Part shown: positions 1 through 9,489 of the stretch, in pieces
How the letters are laid out: every line of letters begins with the position of its first letter
Position numbering within the stretch: position 1 is the stretch's first letter
Assembly: GCA_049802875.1 (NCBI GenBank)
Contig: JBARNH010000007.1
Coordinates: 67,194-131,193 of the forward strand
Direction of reading: 5' to 3'
DNA length: 64,000 nucleotides
Source of the DNA: Thermoplasmata archaeon
GTDB taxonomy: Archaea > Thermoplasmatota > Thermoplasmata > Lutacidiplasmatales > UBA184
Notes under the pieces: model-generated
Database searches by the model: none
Told to the model about the DNA's origin: nothing
What the model saw: the letters and a program-made list of their open reading frames with translations, nothing else
Position numbers and translations under genes: made by a program

Positions 1-19
1 CCATCGCGGCGACCGTCCG

Positions 20-1396
20 CTAGGGCGCCTCCACCGAGTACATCCGCCACTCCCCTTCCAAGCCTTTCAGGCTTCGCATCCCACGATCCGAGAACCGCAC
101 GTCAGAGCCGACGGAGAGGTCCCGGACGGTGCCGGAAACCAGGACTTCACCGTCAGCGGCCTCCCGGCTGACCCGGGCGGCGATGTGCACGGCTATGCCC
201 TGAACATCCCCATCCTTGAGGACGCACTCGCCTGTGTGGAGACCGGTGCGGATTTCCAATCCGGCCTTCCGAGCTTGGTCTCGGAGCGTGCACGCGCACC
301 GAACAGCCCGGGTTGGGCCGTCGAAGATCGCGAGGATCCCGTCGCCGGTCGTCTTTATCGTCCTGCCTTGGAAGCGGGCGGTTTCGGTGCGCGCATCCTC
401 CAGGAATCGGTTGAGCAGATCGCCCCAAGCCCGATCCCCCAGGTTGGCCGCCCGACGCGTCGACTCGACTACGTCCGTAAAGAGGACGGTGGTCAGGACG
501 CGGTCGGTCTCGGGGACGTCCGACAAGCCCCGAAGGAAATGGTGGATCTCGTCGAAGACAACCTTCGTCTGCTCGGAGGAGAGCCAGAAGAGATGGTCCT
601 GGCCGGGCGTTTCCACTAGTTGTGCACCCGGGATGTGAGCGGCCAGGTACCGTCCGTGCTCCAAGCTCACGGCTCGGTCGCCTTTGCAGTGCAGAATGAG
701 CGTCGGTACGTGCACGGCCCCGAGTACGGGCCGCACGTCGATCTCCATGTTCATCCGGGCGAGCGCCTCCCCGGACGCGGGGGAGCCACCGTTTCGCACC
801 AGTCGACCCAACCACCGCTTGAATTCGGCATCATCCATCCGACTGGGAGCAATCTCCGAAGTCAGCCGGTCGATATGGGCTGGAGACCCCCATTCCCCAC
901 GATCCCTCCGAATGGCGCTCTCCCACTGTTCTCGGGTGGGAGCCCATGGACACTCCGCTGACCAGACCCCTGTGGCGAGCCCACTCATCAGGATCAGCGC
1001 GCGAGTTCGTTCCGGATAGGTGGCGGCGAATAGTATCGCCACAGAAGCGGCGTCCCGAGCCGCGACGAGGATGGCCCGCTTGGAGTCGACCGCGTCCAGA
1101 ACTGCGCGACCGTCGTCCATGCGCTGTTCGAGAGTGGCTACGCCGACGTCTCGGTCGGACAAGCCGGTTCCCCGCTTGTCGAATACGATCAGTCGCCCGA
1201 GAGAGGCGAGGGCCTGGTGGTAGCGAGCATTCAGGGGATGGTCCCAAGCAACCTCCAGATGGTAGACGCCGCTGCGGGCGAGAAGAAAGTCAACCGGGCC
1301 AGTTCCGAGGACCTGGTAGGCGATATTGACCTCCCCACTCGTCGCGTACTTCACCTCGGGCTGTTCCATGGAAAGGGAGGCGTTCGGGACAGGCAT
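20..1396 (-). CDS. alpha/beta-hydrolase fused to class III adenylate/guanylate cyclase catalytic domain
   Basis: 458-aa ORF. The N-terminal half has an alpha/beta-hydrolase fold (VFDKRGTGLSD, HG). The C-terminal half is a CHD cyclase domain (VLFTDVVEST...KTTGDGILAIF...GLHTGECV...GIAVHIAARV). Confidence 0.75.
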   Translation of the reverse strand: MPVPNASLSMEQPEVKYATSGEVNIAYQVLGTGPVDFLLARSGVYHLEVAWDHPLNARYHQALASLGRLIVFDKRGTGLSDRDVGVATLEQRMDDGRAVLDAVDSKRAILVAARDAASVAILFAATYPERTRALILMSGLATGVWSAECPWAPTREQWESAIRRDRGEWGSPAHIDRLTSEIAPSRMDDAEFKRWLGRLVRNGGSPASGEALARMNMEIDVRPVLGAVHVPTLILHCKGDRAVSLEHGRYLAAHIPGAQLVETPGQDHLFWLSSEQTKVVFDEIHHFLRGLSDVPETDRVLTTVLFTDVVESTRRAANLGDRAWGDLLNRFLEDARTETARFQGRTIKTTGDGILAIFDGPTRAVRCACTLRDQARKAGLEIRTGLHTGECVLKDGDVQGIAVHIAARVSREAADGEVLVSGTVRDLSVGSDVRFSDRGMRSLKGLEGEWRMYSVEAP

Positions 1397-1552
1397 TCCC
1401 GACCAATTTAATTGTAGGTCGGTCTGAACTTGGTGGCGGGCGGATGCGAGGGTCCACCCATGGCCGATTCCGGAACGAAGTGGGACGCGGAGATCGGTCG
1501 GTCTGACCGTGGCTGAGCGTACGCGGGGCCGCCCCCCGACACCGAGCGTAGC

Positions 1553-2929
1553 CTATCGGGCGGGTTGGATGTTCTGGTTGACGTGGAAAAAGTTCTTCGG
1601 GTCGAACTTCTGTTTTAGCGACGCCAATCGCTTGTAGTTTTCGCCGTAGGTCGCCTTGACGCGATCCTGCCCCTCGTCCATCATCATGTTCACGTACGCT
1701 CCCCCCATAGAGAACGGGTGGAGGGCCTCCCAGTAGCCCACGGTCCAGTCCCGGATCCTGTTGGCATTCGCCGGGTCCGGGTCGACGCCGATGATCGTCT
1801 CGGCCCAGCGAGCGTCGCGGTACGCCCACGGAGTGGCGCGCTTTCCGATCTTGGACGCAGCCCCGTCAATCGGGTAGAGGTGCATCGAGGATTGCATCGT
1901 CGGGGTTTTCGAGCCGTGCTGAACGTGCTGCGCAATCGCCTCGTCGCTCAACTCCTTGACAAAGTCCGCCCGCCAGTACCACTGGTGGCCGGGAGGGTAG
2001 AGCCCGTCGAAAGCGCTCTGCAGCGCGGGGAAGGGCGCAGAGTGGAGACCCCAGAGGGCTGGCGCTCCCACTTTCCGGAACGGGGCGAGCAGCCGTTCGG
2101 CCTTCTCGAGAGAGCCGAGGTAGCACCAAACCACGCCGCACATTTTCTTCCCGTGCAGAGACTCCGGAAACGGGGGGGCGGGGGGGACTGTGAGGAAAGC
2201 AAAGAATCCGTTCAGTTCTTCGGGAGCCTTTGGGATGAACTCGCGGTAGAACCGAAGGACCTCTCCCGCCTGGTCGATCGGCCACAGGACCGGACCGGCA
2301 GCGACGGTGTCGACCGGGTGGAGACGTAACGAGAACGATGTCACGACACCGAAGTTTCCCCCACCGCCACGGACGGCCCAGAAGAGGTCGGCGTGATGGT
2401 CCGAGTCGGCCGTGACAAAGCTGCCGTCAGCCAAGACGACGTCCACCTCGAGCAGATTGTCGATCGTAAGACCATGCTTGCGCGTTAGGTGGCCGAGGCC
2501 CCCGCCAAGCGTGAGACCACCAACGCCGGTGGTCGAAATCACTCCCGCCGGCGTAGCCATTCCGAAGGCGTGTGTCGCGTGATCCACGTCCCCCCACTGA
2601 CAGCCACCGGCGGCTTGGACAGTACGAGCGGTCGGGTCCACGCGAACGCCCCGCATGAGGGAGAGGTCGATCATCAGCCCGTTGTCGACACTCGCCAGCC
2701 CGCCGCCGTTGTGGCCAGCGCCTCGCACGGCCACTTCGAGGCCGGTCTCATGCCCGAACTTGACGGCAGAGATCACGTCGGCAACATCTCGGCATCGAGC
2801 AATGACGGCGGGTCGCTTGTCAATCATGGCATTGTACAGCTTTCGCGTCTCCTCGTACTCGAGACTCGTCGGCGTGATCACGGGCCCGCGGAGGCTGCTC
2901 TGCAGGTTCGTCACTGCAGCCGGATCCAT
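1553..2929 (-). CDS. FAD-linked oxidase (PCMH/BBE-like FAD-binding oxidoreductase)
   Basis: The ORF-track ORF is 1553..3169. The likely start is the ATG at 2929 (MDPAAV...), not the upstream extension. FAD-binding PCMH motifs: AVRGAGHNGGGLA, GGLTLGGGLGHL, RGGGGNFGVVT. BBE-like C-terminus. Confidence 0.75.
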   Translation of the reverse strand: MDPAAVTNLQSSLRGPVITPTSLEYEETRKLYNAMIDKRPAVIARCRDVADVISAVKFGHETGLEVAVRGAGHNGGGLASVDNGLMIDLSLMRGVRVDPTARTVQAAGGCQWGDVDHATHAFGMATPAGVISTTGVGGLTLGGGLGHLTRKHGLTIDNLLEVDVVLADGSFVTADSDHHADLFWAVRGGGGNFGVVTSFSLRLHPVDTVAAGPVLWPIDQAGEVLRFYREFIPKAPEELNGFFAFLTVPPAPPFPESLHGKKMCGVVWCYLGSLEKAERLLAPFRKVGAPALWGLHSAPFPALQSAFDGLYPPGHQWYWRADFVKELSDEAIAQHVQHGSKTPTMQSSMHLYPIDGAASKIGKRATPWAYRDARWAETIIGVDPDPANANRIRDWTVGYWEALHPFSMGGAYVNMMMDEGQDRVKATYGENYKRLASLKQKFDPKNFFHVNQNIQPAR

Positions 2930-3224
2930 CGAGGGCCCCAAGAGCGGGAGGGGCACTTGATACCTTGGGTTACATCCGGCACTATTCGGACTCCGGAGGT
3001 TCGCGGCGCGGTGTCTGCAATGGTCATTGCACTTCAGCCCACTTTCGCCGAGAGGGGTAGACCAGTCATTGCTCTGGGTATCCTCGCAGCGGCGTCGGTC
3101 GATCGGATGCGACCTCCAGTTCGTTTGGTGTTGTCCAACTCGAGGGTTTGGTATTCTAGATGCGTTCAATTCCGAGAGCGACTCCGAAAGCGAGGATGTC
3201 GTTGGGCACGGAGGTCAACGCATC

Positions 3225-4841
3225 TTACGAGACGAATCCCAACAAGCACCGAGGATCACCTAGGGACACGGGTGATAACCCCCCTAGCCAGGGCAATGGG
3301 TGTTCGGAGTGGAGGACACACGGAAGGTAAACTAGGTCCAGGACACGCGGCGAACTAGCTCGAAGCTGAGTCGAGGCCTTCGGGTTAGTTGCCCGGACGT
3401 CGTTGACGTAGAGCTGCACGAGCCTCAACGCCTCGGCTTCCGTCGTCAACGGCGGAATGGCCTGTTGCCCAGGAATTGAGTACGACCCCACCCCCTGCAA
3501 AATCGCGGACAACCCTCCGCTCTGACTGATCTTCTGCTCCTTACCCGAAACACGACCATAGTAACCGGTGAGCGGTCGATTTCCACCGCGGGCAGAGAAG
3601 ACGTCTGTCAGGACCCGGAAGCTGCCCGCACCGGCCAGCGTGGTTACGTCGGTGGAGAAAGTGGCGGCAACGAGCAACACCTCGGGAACCTCTTTTCCCC
3701 GCTTCGTCCAGAGGACTCCGGTTTCGAAGGTATACGGAAGCTCCACGACCCAGAAGGGGACGAAAGTTCCGCCTCCGACGTTCAACAACTTAACTGCCCC
3801 TCTCCCCGACTGTGCGGCGCGAACCTCGGCTGCGCGTCGAAATATTTCCTCCTGGAATTTCAGGGACCGAAACGAAGTGGTCCAATCGCTCGGGGCGCTC
3901 CGTGAGAGCCAATCTACCACCGAGCCAAGTCTTTGGAGATACGCCAGTGGATGCGGGGGCACATTCAGAGAGTTTTCGGAGAGGTTGATCATGGAATTAA
4001 CCATCCGGATGACAGTCAGTTCCTGATCGACCGCCGTGGTCATGTACCCTAGTTCGGGGATCGATGACAAAGCTGTTCGCGCCGTTTTTAGTTCGCCCTC
4101 CGCCGCTCCGAGCAGTTTGCGGGGTAGTTCGAATTCCCGCCCTGTTACCAACTGGTCGACCGCCTTGCACTCCTCAGTAAGCCCGGCCAGCCGAGTCGAT
4201 AGGGCCGGCCAACGGCCTATGCTGGCGATTGCCTCCGAAGCCGTTGCGAGATTCTGCGAGATAAGATGAAAACGCTCGGGGTGGTTGCTCTGAGAAAGCT
4301 TCTCGACGACCAGGAGTGATTGATAGCAGGATGCCAGTCCGCTGGCTCGACGGATGAGCTCTCGAGCAGTCTCATCTACGGCCAGAGCTGAAATGGATTG
4401 TACTTTCGCATTGAAAACGGACACGGCTGCCGGGTTTTCACCCGAAGATGGGCGAAGGCTCGATATGAACGGAAGTGAGGCCAGCGGGGACGAGAGAAGT
4501 TGGAAGCAACGAAACCGGTACTGATCGCTTTCAGTGCTAAGGTGGGGCCGAATACCCGTGTTGAAGGCGGCGAGACGTGCCATTGGGTCCACATACTGCG
4601 ATCCCGAGACATCGAGACCCGGTGGAACCGTTTGTCGAACGAACGCTGTGACCTGGGCCATGAAATGGTCGAGAAATTGACGGGCATCGACGATTCTCTG
4701 CGATGTCCCGCAATAATCGCACGTTAGTATCTCTCCCTCGGAACGCGGGGAATAGGGAGCGCCGCATGCACTGCACCTTAGCCTATATTCGGAGAACATC
4801 GCGTCGGGCGCGAGCTGGCTGGTCGCTCCTACTCCCGTCAT
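3225..4841 (-). CDS. hypothetical protein with N-terminal CxxC-N13-CxxC zinc ribbon
   Basis: 538-aa ORF. The N-terminus reads CSACGAPYSPRSEGEILTCDYCGTS. No recognisable catalytic motifs. GC is lower than the surrounding DNA. It lies 33 bp downstream of ORF 4874..5968 on the same strand. Confidence 0.6.
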   Translation of the reverse strand: MTGVGATSQLAPDAMFSEYRLRCSACGAPYSPRSEGEILTCDYCGTSQRIVDARQFLDHFMAQVTAFVRQTVPPGLDVSGSQYVDPMARLAAFNTGIRPHLSTESDQYRFRCFQLLSSPLASLPFISSLRPSSGENPAAVSVFNAKVQSISALAVDETARELIRRASGLASCYQSLLVVEKLSQSNHPERFHLISQNLATASEAIASIGRWPALSTRLAGLTEECKAVDQLVTGREFELPRKLLGAAEGELKTARTALSSIPELGYMTTAVDQELTVIRMVNSMINLSENSLNVPPHPLAYLQRLGSVVDWLSRSAPSDWTTSFRSLKFQEEIFRRAAEVRAAQSGRGAVKLLNVGGGTFVPFWVVELPYTFETGVLWTKRGKEVPEVLLVAATFSTDVTTLAGAGSFRVLTDVFSARGGNRPLTGYYGRVSGKEQKISQSGGLSAILQGVGSYSIPGQQAIPPLTTEAEALRLVQLYVNDVRATNPKASTQLRASSPRVLDLVYLPCVLHSEHPLPWLGGLSPVSLGDPRCLLGFVS

Positions 4842-4873
4842 AGCTTCCTCTCTACGTACTGCAATCCCGGCCC

Positions 4874-5968
4874 CTAAGACCCCGATGCATGCTGCAATCG
4901 ATGCTCCATCGCACGCATTTCACGCATTAGCCGATCTTCAACCTGGCTCACTCGTTGAACTGCGATCCGGTCCGCCAGGTCGCCGATCGCCGAGTAGCAG
5001 CCCTTGCAGACGTAGACATACCGGCCGGACCGATCCATTGAAGGGAGTGGCGACGTGCCATGGAGGTTCAATCCAGTGGCTTCCTTGTCGACTGTGAGTG
5101 AAACGAATTGGACACCATGACCAGTCCCCTCCCTTCCGCACACCCAGCATTTGGCTTTCAACGCAAGATTGCCTGATTTGATCGCCGCACTCTGGGCGTT
5201 GTCATCGTAGCCCGCCTGCGCCCAGTACTGCTGGGCAGTTTGGAAGTGCTCGGCGGCAGTCATTGGGTCGGTGCCTTCGAGAGATTTCCCCAATACCTCG
5301 AACGACAGGGCCATCAATATCGGCGCTTGAAAATCCGCCGGAATGGCTCGATGCTCAAGAAGTTCAGGGAGGTAAAGGACCTTGTTTCCCAACTGGCGAT
5401 ATTCGTCGGCGAGGCTCTGGAGGCCCTGTGCCAAACTCTCGGGATTGCCAGACTGGGAGCGAGCCATGGCCGTCAGGCTGGCGTACCGTGCAGTCAGCTG
5501 CAATTCGTTCGCCAATTCACTAGAACTGGTCCCTCTCGCCCCAAGTTTGAGCTCAATCGTTCCGGGAATGTTTTGGAGCAGCGAAAATAGTGCCATCAGC
5601 GAGGATGGATCCGAGTTTCTCACTGCGCTCGAAAGTAGGTTGGTGTAGGCCGTCGCGACGTTGGCGTACAAGAGGTTACCCTCTCGCGAAAACTTTCGAG
5701 TTGCATCGATGAACTTCTCACTGGCCCTCGAATGATCGCCGCGTCGGGCAAGGTCGAGGCCTTGCTCCAACGTCGCAGCCCCATCCTTGATGATCGGCAC
5801 AGGCAGAGGACCGACCATAGAATCTGTCTCTTCCAGCGTATAAAAGGCACTGAAGCTCAGGTCGTATCGTTCCCTGGGCTGAATCGAGCCCCGGAGGGGT
5901 TCCTGCATCTCGGATGAAGCGGACCACTCTGCTCCCGCGCTGGTGCGGCACGGGCACGATCGGTGCAA
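4874..5968 (-). CDS. hypothetical helical protein with C-terminal CxxC-N35-CxxC zinc ribbon
   Basis: 364-aa ORF. Alternative starts are at 5908 (MQEPL) or 5818 (MVGPL). The body is alpha-helical (TPR-like); the C-terminus has CWVCG...YVCKGC followed by a charged tail. It is probably co-transcribed with 3225..4841. Confidence 0.55.
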   Translation of the reverse strand: MHRSCPCRTSAGAEWSASSEMQEPLRGSIQPRERYDLSFSAFYTLEETDSMVGPLPVPIIKDGAATLEQGLDLARRGDHSRASEKFIDATRKFSREGNLLYANVATAYTNLLSSAVRNSDPSSLMALFSLLQNIPGTIELKLGARGTSSSELANELQLTARYASLTAMARSQSGNPESLAQGLQSLADEYRQLGNKVLYLPELLEHRAIPADFQAPILMALSFEVLGKSLEGTDPMTAAEHFQTAQQYWAQAGYDDNAQSAAIKSGNLALKAKCWVCGREGTGHGVQFVSLTVDKEATGLNLHGTSPLPSMDRSGRYVYVCKGCYSAIGDLADRIAVQRVSQVEDRLMREMRAMEHRLQHASGS

Positions 5969-5982
5969 TCAACCGCGCAGCC
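5961..5982. repeat. palindromic motif copy (degenerate)
   Basis: CGGTGCAATCAACCGCGCAGCC. Confidence 0.3.
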
Positions 5983-6010
5983 AGTCCTGACGACAAGGGT
6001 CCCTCGGGTG

Positions 6011-6029
6011 GGTGCAACGGTCGTTGCAC
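6011..6029. repeat. GGTGCAA-Nx-TTGCACC family palindromic motif
   Basis: GGTGCAACGGTCGTTGCAC (N4 spacer variant), upstream of the Zn-ribbon gene pair. Confidence 0.5.
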
Positions 6030-6489
6030 GCATCTGGCTATCGCCCGCGCTGGGATCGCGTATCCGAATCCCGTTTTCGAGCGGTTAACGAGACCCTTGC
6101 TCGCCAGGTATTTATTCCGGGTAGCTCTTCGCACTGTTGGAGGGCACAGAATCGAAGTAGATGCGGGGAGGCGGGAGCTTCTCAACTGGACCCCGGGAAC
6201 GGCCCGGGTTACGCCTTGGTTGGGGCGAGAATCCGGTCTGCTAATATCAATTGTTAAAATCAACTTTGAGCCCGATTAACGGGGCGTAAAACCTGAACTA
6301 AATCTGGACCACTTCTACGTGTGCTTCTGTAAGGAAGCTTCCGAGACGATTCACTAATCGACCCTTATTCCGATAACCATCTTAGCAAACAGGGAAGACT
6401 TCGAAACACAACCGCGCCTCGACCGTCCGAGCGAGAAGGATCTCTCGACTCTAGCGTCGCCCAAGGTTCGAGCCCGAAGGAAGCAGAAT

Positions 6490-6906
6490 ATGGCGACGAG
6501 GATTGGAGAAGAGGGAGAGCGCGAGACACCGCCGCCCGAGCAGAGGGGGAGACTTCTGCGCCCAAGCACCGTAGCAGTGCTGAAACAAGCCCTTCAGCAC
6601 TACTTGGAGCACGAGCGTGACTTCGTGGACGCTTACTTCCCCGAAGTCGCGAGACGCGGATACGTGACATGGGGGGATGTGTTTGGACTGAGCGACCGAC
6701 AAGCGGATGCATGCCGCCCAATATTGTTGGAAAGCATCCGACACTTCTTGAAAGAGGATGCCAGAGAGCGGAACCGCAACGTCCACCTGTTGACCCGCGA
6801 ACCGGTCGATCCAAACTTCGTTTCTTTCCCCGCCCGAAAGGCGAAGGCTTGGACAGAGGCGCTTCGCGACCTCTGCAACGTTTTCGGGCTGGAGTGCTTG
6901 GGATAA
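6490..6906 (+). CDS. hypothetical protein
   Basis: 138-aa ORF with balanced amino-acid composition. GGAAG lies 8 nt upstream of the ATG. It is followed immediately by a perfect hairpin plus T-tract. Confidence 0.5.
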   Translation: MATRIGEEGERETPPPEQRGRLLRPSTVAVLKQALQHYLEHERDFVDAYFPEVARRGYVTWGDVFGLSDRQADACRPILLESIRHFLKEDARERNRNVHLLTREPVDPNFVSFPARKAKAWTEALRDLCNVFGLECLG

Positions 6907-6923
6907 ATCGGACGGCGGGCCAC

Positions 6924-6960
6924 GGGACCCTCCCTGAGGGAGGGTCCCATTATTTTCCCG
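6924..6960 (+). terminator. intrinsic-terminator-like hairpin (GGGACCCTCCCT-G-AGGGAGGGTCCC) followed by ATTATTTTCCC
   Basis: A perfect 12-bp inverted repeat at 6924-6948, then a T-rich tract, 18 nt after the stop of ORF 6490..6906. Confidence 0.5.
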
Positions 6961-7535
6961 CTAAATCTGTGCTCTCTCTACCCCACTGATTAAGATCTGT
7001 TGGAAGGGTTTGAACCCATGTATGTTGAATGCCTATTGCACCCAATGATCCCTCGTGTGAACTGTGCCGTGTTCCAAACGGGCCCGTTAATCACGCGGGC
7101 AACTTCGGTGGAGGGGAACTTGGGGCCAGTAGTCCTCGCACATACTCGGCTGTCCCGCTCCGACAAACGGTGGTCGAGCGTCGCCCTGACTCTATCAGGA
7201 ACTGGTAGACACTCGGCGGACACCAGTGTCAGGCTATCCGGCCAAAGACGACCCCGAATGCGTGCCCTAGCACCCCATTAAATCCAGAGCCCTAGCAACG
7301 AAGCCCTGGACGATCAATGCGACCCTGCTGGTAAAAAATGGGTAGAAGGTCACGCCGAGGGGGAAGACGGCGACACCTCCCATGTACCCGACGATGGTGG
7401 TCCGGCTCGAATCAGACCGGCCCAGGCGTTGTTCCCGATAATTGGGAAATCATCCCGGTGCCGAACGGAGGGACTTCCTATCGGAGATAGCAAGACCCGG
7501 GTCCGTGTCGTCCAGGAACCATGACGTCGCCACGG

Positions 7536-9155
7536 CTAACTTGCGTCGACCGAGACCATGCTCACGCTGTGCTGGAAGGAGTTGGTGACAAGGAGCTCTC
7601 CATTCCCATTGTCAGACGCCTCGCCATAGGAGCCGCTATCTACCGGGACGATGGCGAGGACCTGGTTCGTCGCAGCCGAGATTATACTCAGCAAGTTACC
7701 TGTCGCGAAGACGTCTCCTGTCACGCTGTCATAGGCGACCGCGAAGGGATTGGGCTCGACCGCTATGGTTGCCACCACCGTGTTCGTCACGTCCGAGATC
7801 ACGCTCAGGTTGGCTGAGCCGGCGTTCGAGACAAAGATCTCTCCCTGGCTACTGTCATACGCGACGCCGAATGGATAGTCTCCCATCGGGATAGTAGCCG
7901 CCACCTCATTCGTCGTGGCTGAGATGACGCTCACACTGTCCGAACCCGGGCTGGCTACGAAGAGCTCGCCCTTTCCACTGTCGTACGCGACGGCTACCGG
8001 TCCACTTGCCACGGCGAGGTTCGCCACCACCTGGTTGGTCGCGTCCGAAATCACGGTCACGTTGTTGCCGCTCGTGACGAACAACTCCCCATTCGCGGGG
8101 TCATACGCCACGCCCATGGGATAGGAGCCCACGGAGATCGTCGAAACCACTTTGTCCGTCAGGGCGGAGATCACCGTGACGAGGCTCGCGCCCCACTCCG
8201 TTACGAACACCTCTTATTTCGCGCTATCGTAAGCGGCGTAACTGGGAAATTCTGGGTACGGTACCGGGATCGACGTCACGACTTTGTTGGTGGTCGCGCT
8301 AATTACGGTCACCTCGTCCACGTCGCTGACCGCAACGAAGAACTCGCCCTTCGCCGGATCGTACGCAACACCGCTGGGGAGATACCCCACGGGGATACTC
8401 GTCACGACTCGGTACGCCGGCTCCCGATCGATGAAACCGGCGCGGGAGTTGGAGAACGCAAAGATCCCCAGGACGTCCGCCCGATTCTGGCCGCCGCCGT
8501 CGTGATTAGTCGAAGTTTCCGTGAAGGAGTAGGTTCCGGACGCGAGCTGCGACTCGCCAATCAGCACCCCCGACCAGGTGCCGCCGGTCCCATTTGACTC
8601 AATCACCAGCCCCGGAACGCCGCTCATAAGGATAGTGTTCTGCCCGCCACTCAGTGCGATCAGCACGACGAACGCAGACTCGGGCAAAACCAGTTTCTCG
8701 GTGAGGGTAGTGGTCGCTTGGACCGGTGGGATCGAGACCTTTGTCTTTTCCCCGTAGTACTGGAAACCGCTGACGGCAAAGCCTCCGATGGAAAATTGAG
8801 AGTCACTGGTCGTGTAGTTGTCGGAGGTCTCCTGAGTGACCGCGAGGGCCGCTGCGACGTTCCCATCCCGATCGACAGCGTTGACAAGGTCTCCAGACGA
8901 GAATCCGGTAGAGGGCTGGGTTCCCCCGTTGGCCATTCCGAACACGCTCAGCACGCCGGGGTACGCGAGCGTCTGAGAGTCCGCCCGGTTATGAACCGAG
9001 GGTCCAATGAGATGGGGAGTCGACGAGGTCGCACTGGTCAGTCCGGAGGTCGAGAGATCACGAACCGGTCCTGGGGCCGGGAGGGTGCCGGTCGACTGCG
9101 CAGACACGGACGGCAGTAGCATGACGCCGACAATCGCTACGACTGCGAGCAACAC
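7536..9155 (-). pseudogene. secreted YVTN beta-propeller repeat surface protein interrupted by an in-frame TAA (8214-8216)
   Basis: ORFs 8214..9155 (signal peptide MLLAVVAIVGVMLLPSVSA) and 7536..8210 are in the same frame, separated only by TAA-GAG-GTG. The YVTN repeat (VAYDxxxGE[LIF]FVxxxxxxxVSVISATTNxV) runs straight across the stop: AAYDSAK*EVFVTEWG. The stop sits where the conserved Gly falls. Confidence 0.55.
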
Positions 9156-9489
9156 GGCCGAATGAGCGACTCCACGTCGAGACGGGACCTTCCGCCGTCA
9201 TATCGTCACTTACATGTTCCTTTCGGACCCGAAGCGTCTCGGCGGCGGAGACGAAGTCGACCTTAATAAATCCCGTTGGCGGATCCTGTCGGCTGCGTGC
9301 TAACATGCCATGACCTCCCTTGACTATCGTCGGGCCGTCTAACGCTACCCTTGATGCTCGCCGCGGACCGAACCCACCCCGGCGTTCGAATCGGGTCGTT
9401 TCCGCCCACTGTAGGTCCGTCGCCATCGGTCGGCGCAAAGGAAGCCGGCCTAGTGTCCTTAAGGTAGGCTATCGAATACAGCAGTTCGG

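Noticed and set aside
153-815. 220-aa minus-strand ORF and several plus-strand ORFs (185..619, 216..638)
   Set aside because: They lie inside or antisense to the hydrolase-cyclase gene 20..1396 and have Arg/Pro-rich junk composition.
7078-7087. Short perfect palindromes such as ACGGGCCCGT and GGGTTTGAACCC
   Set aside because: Isolated 10-12-bp palindromes are expected by chance in GC-rich DNA and are not recurrent.
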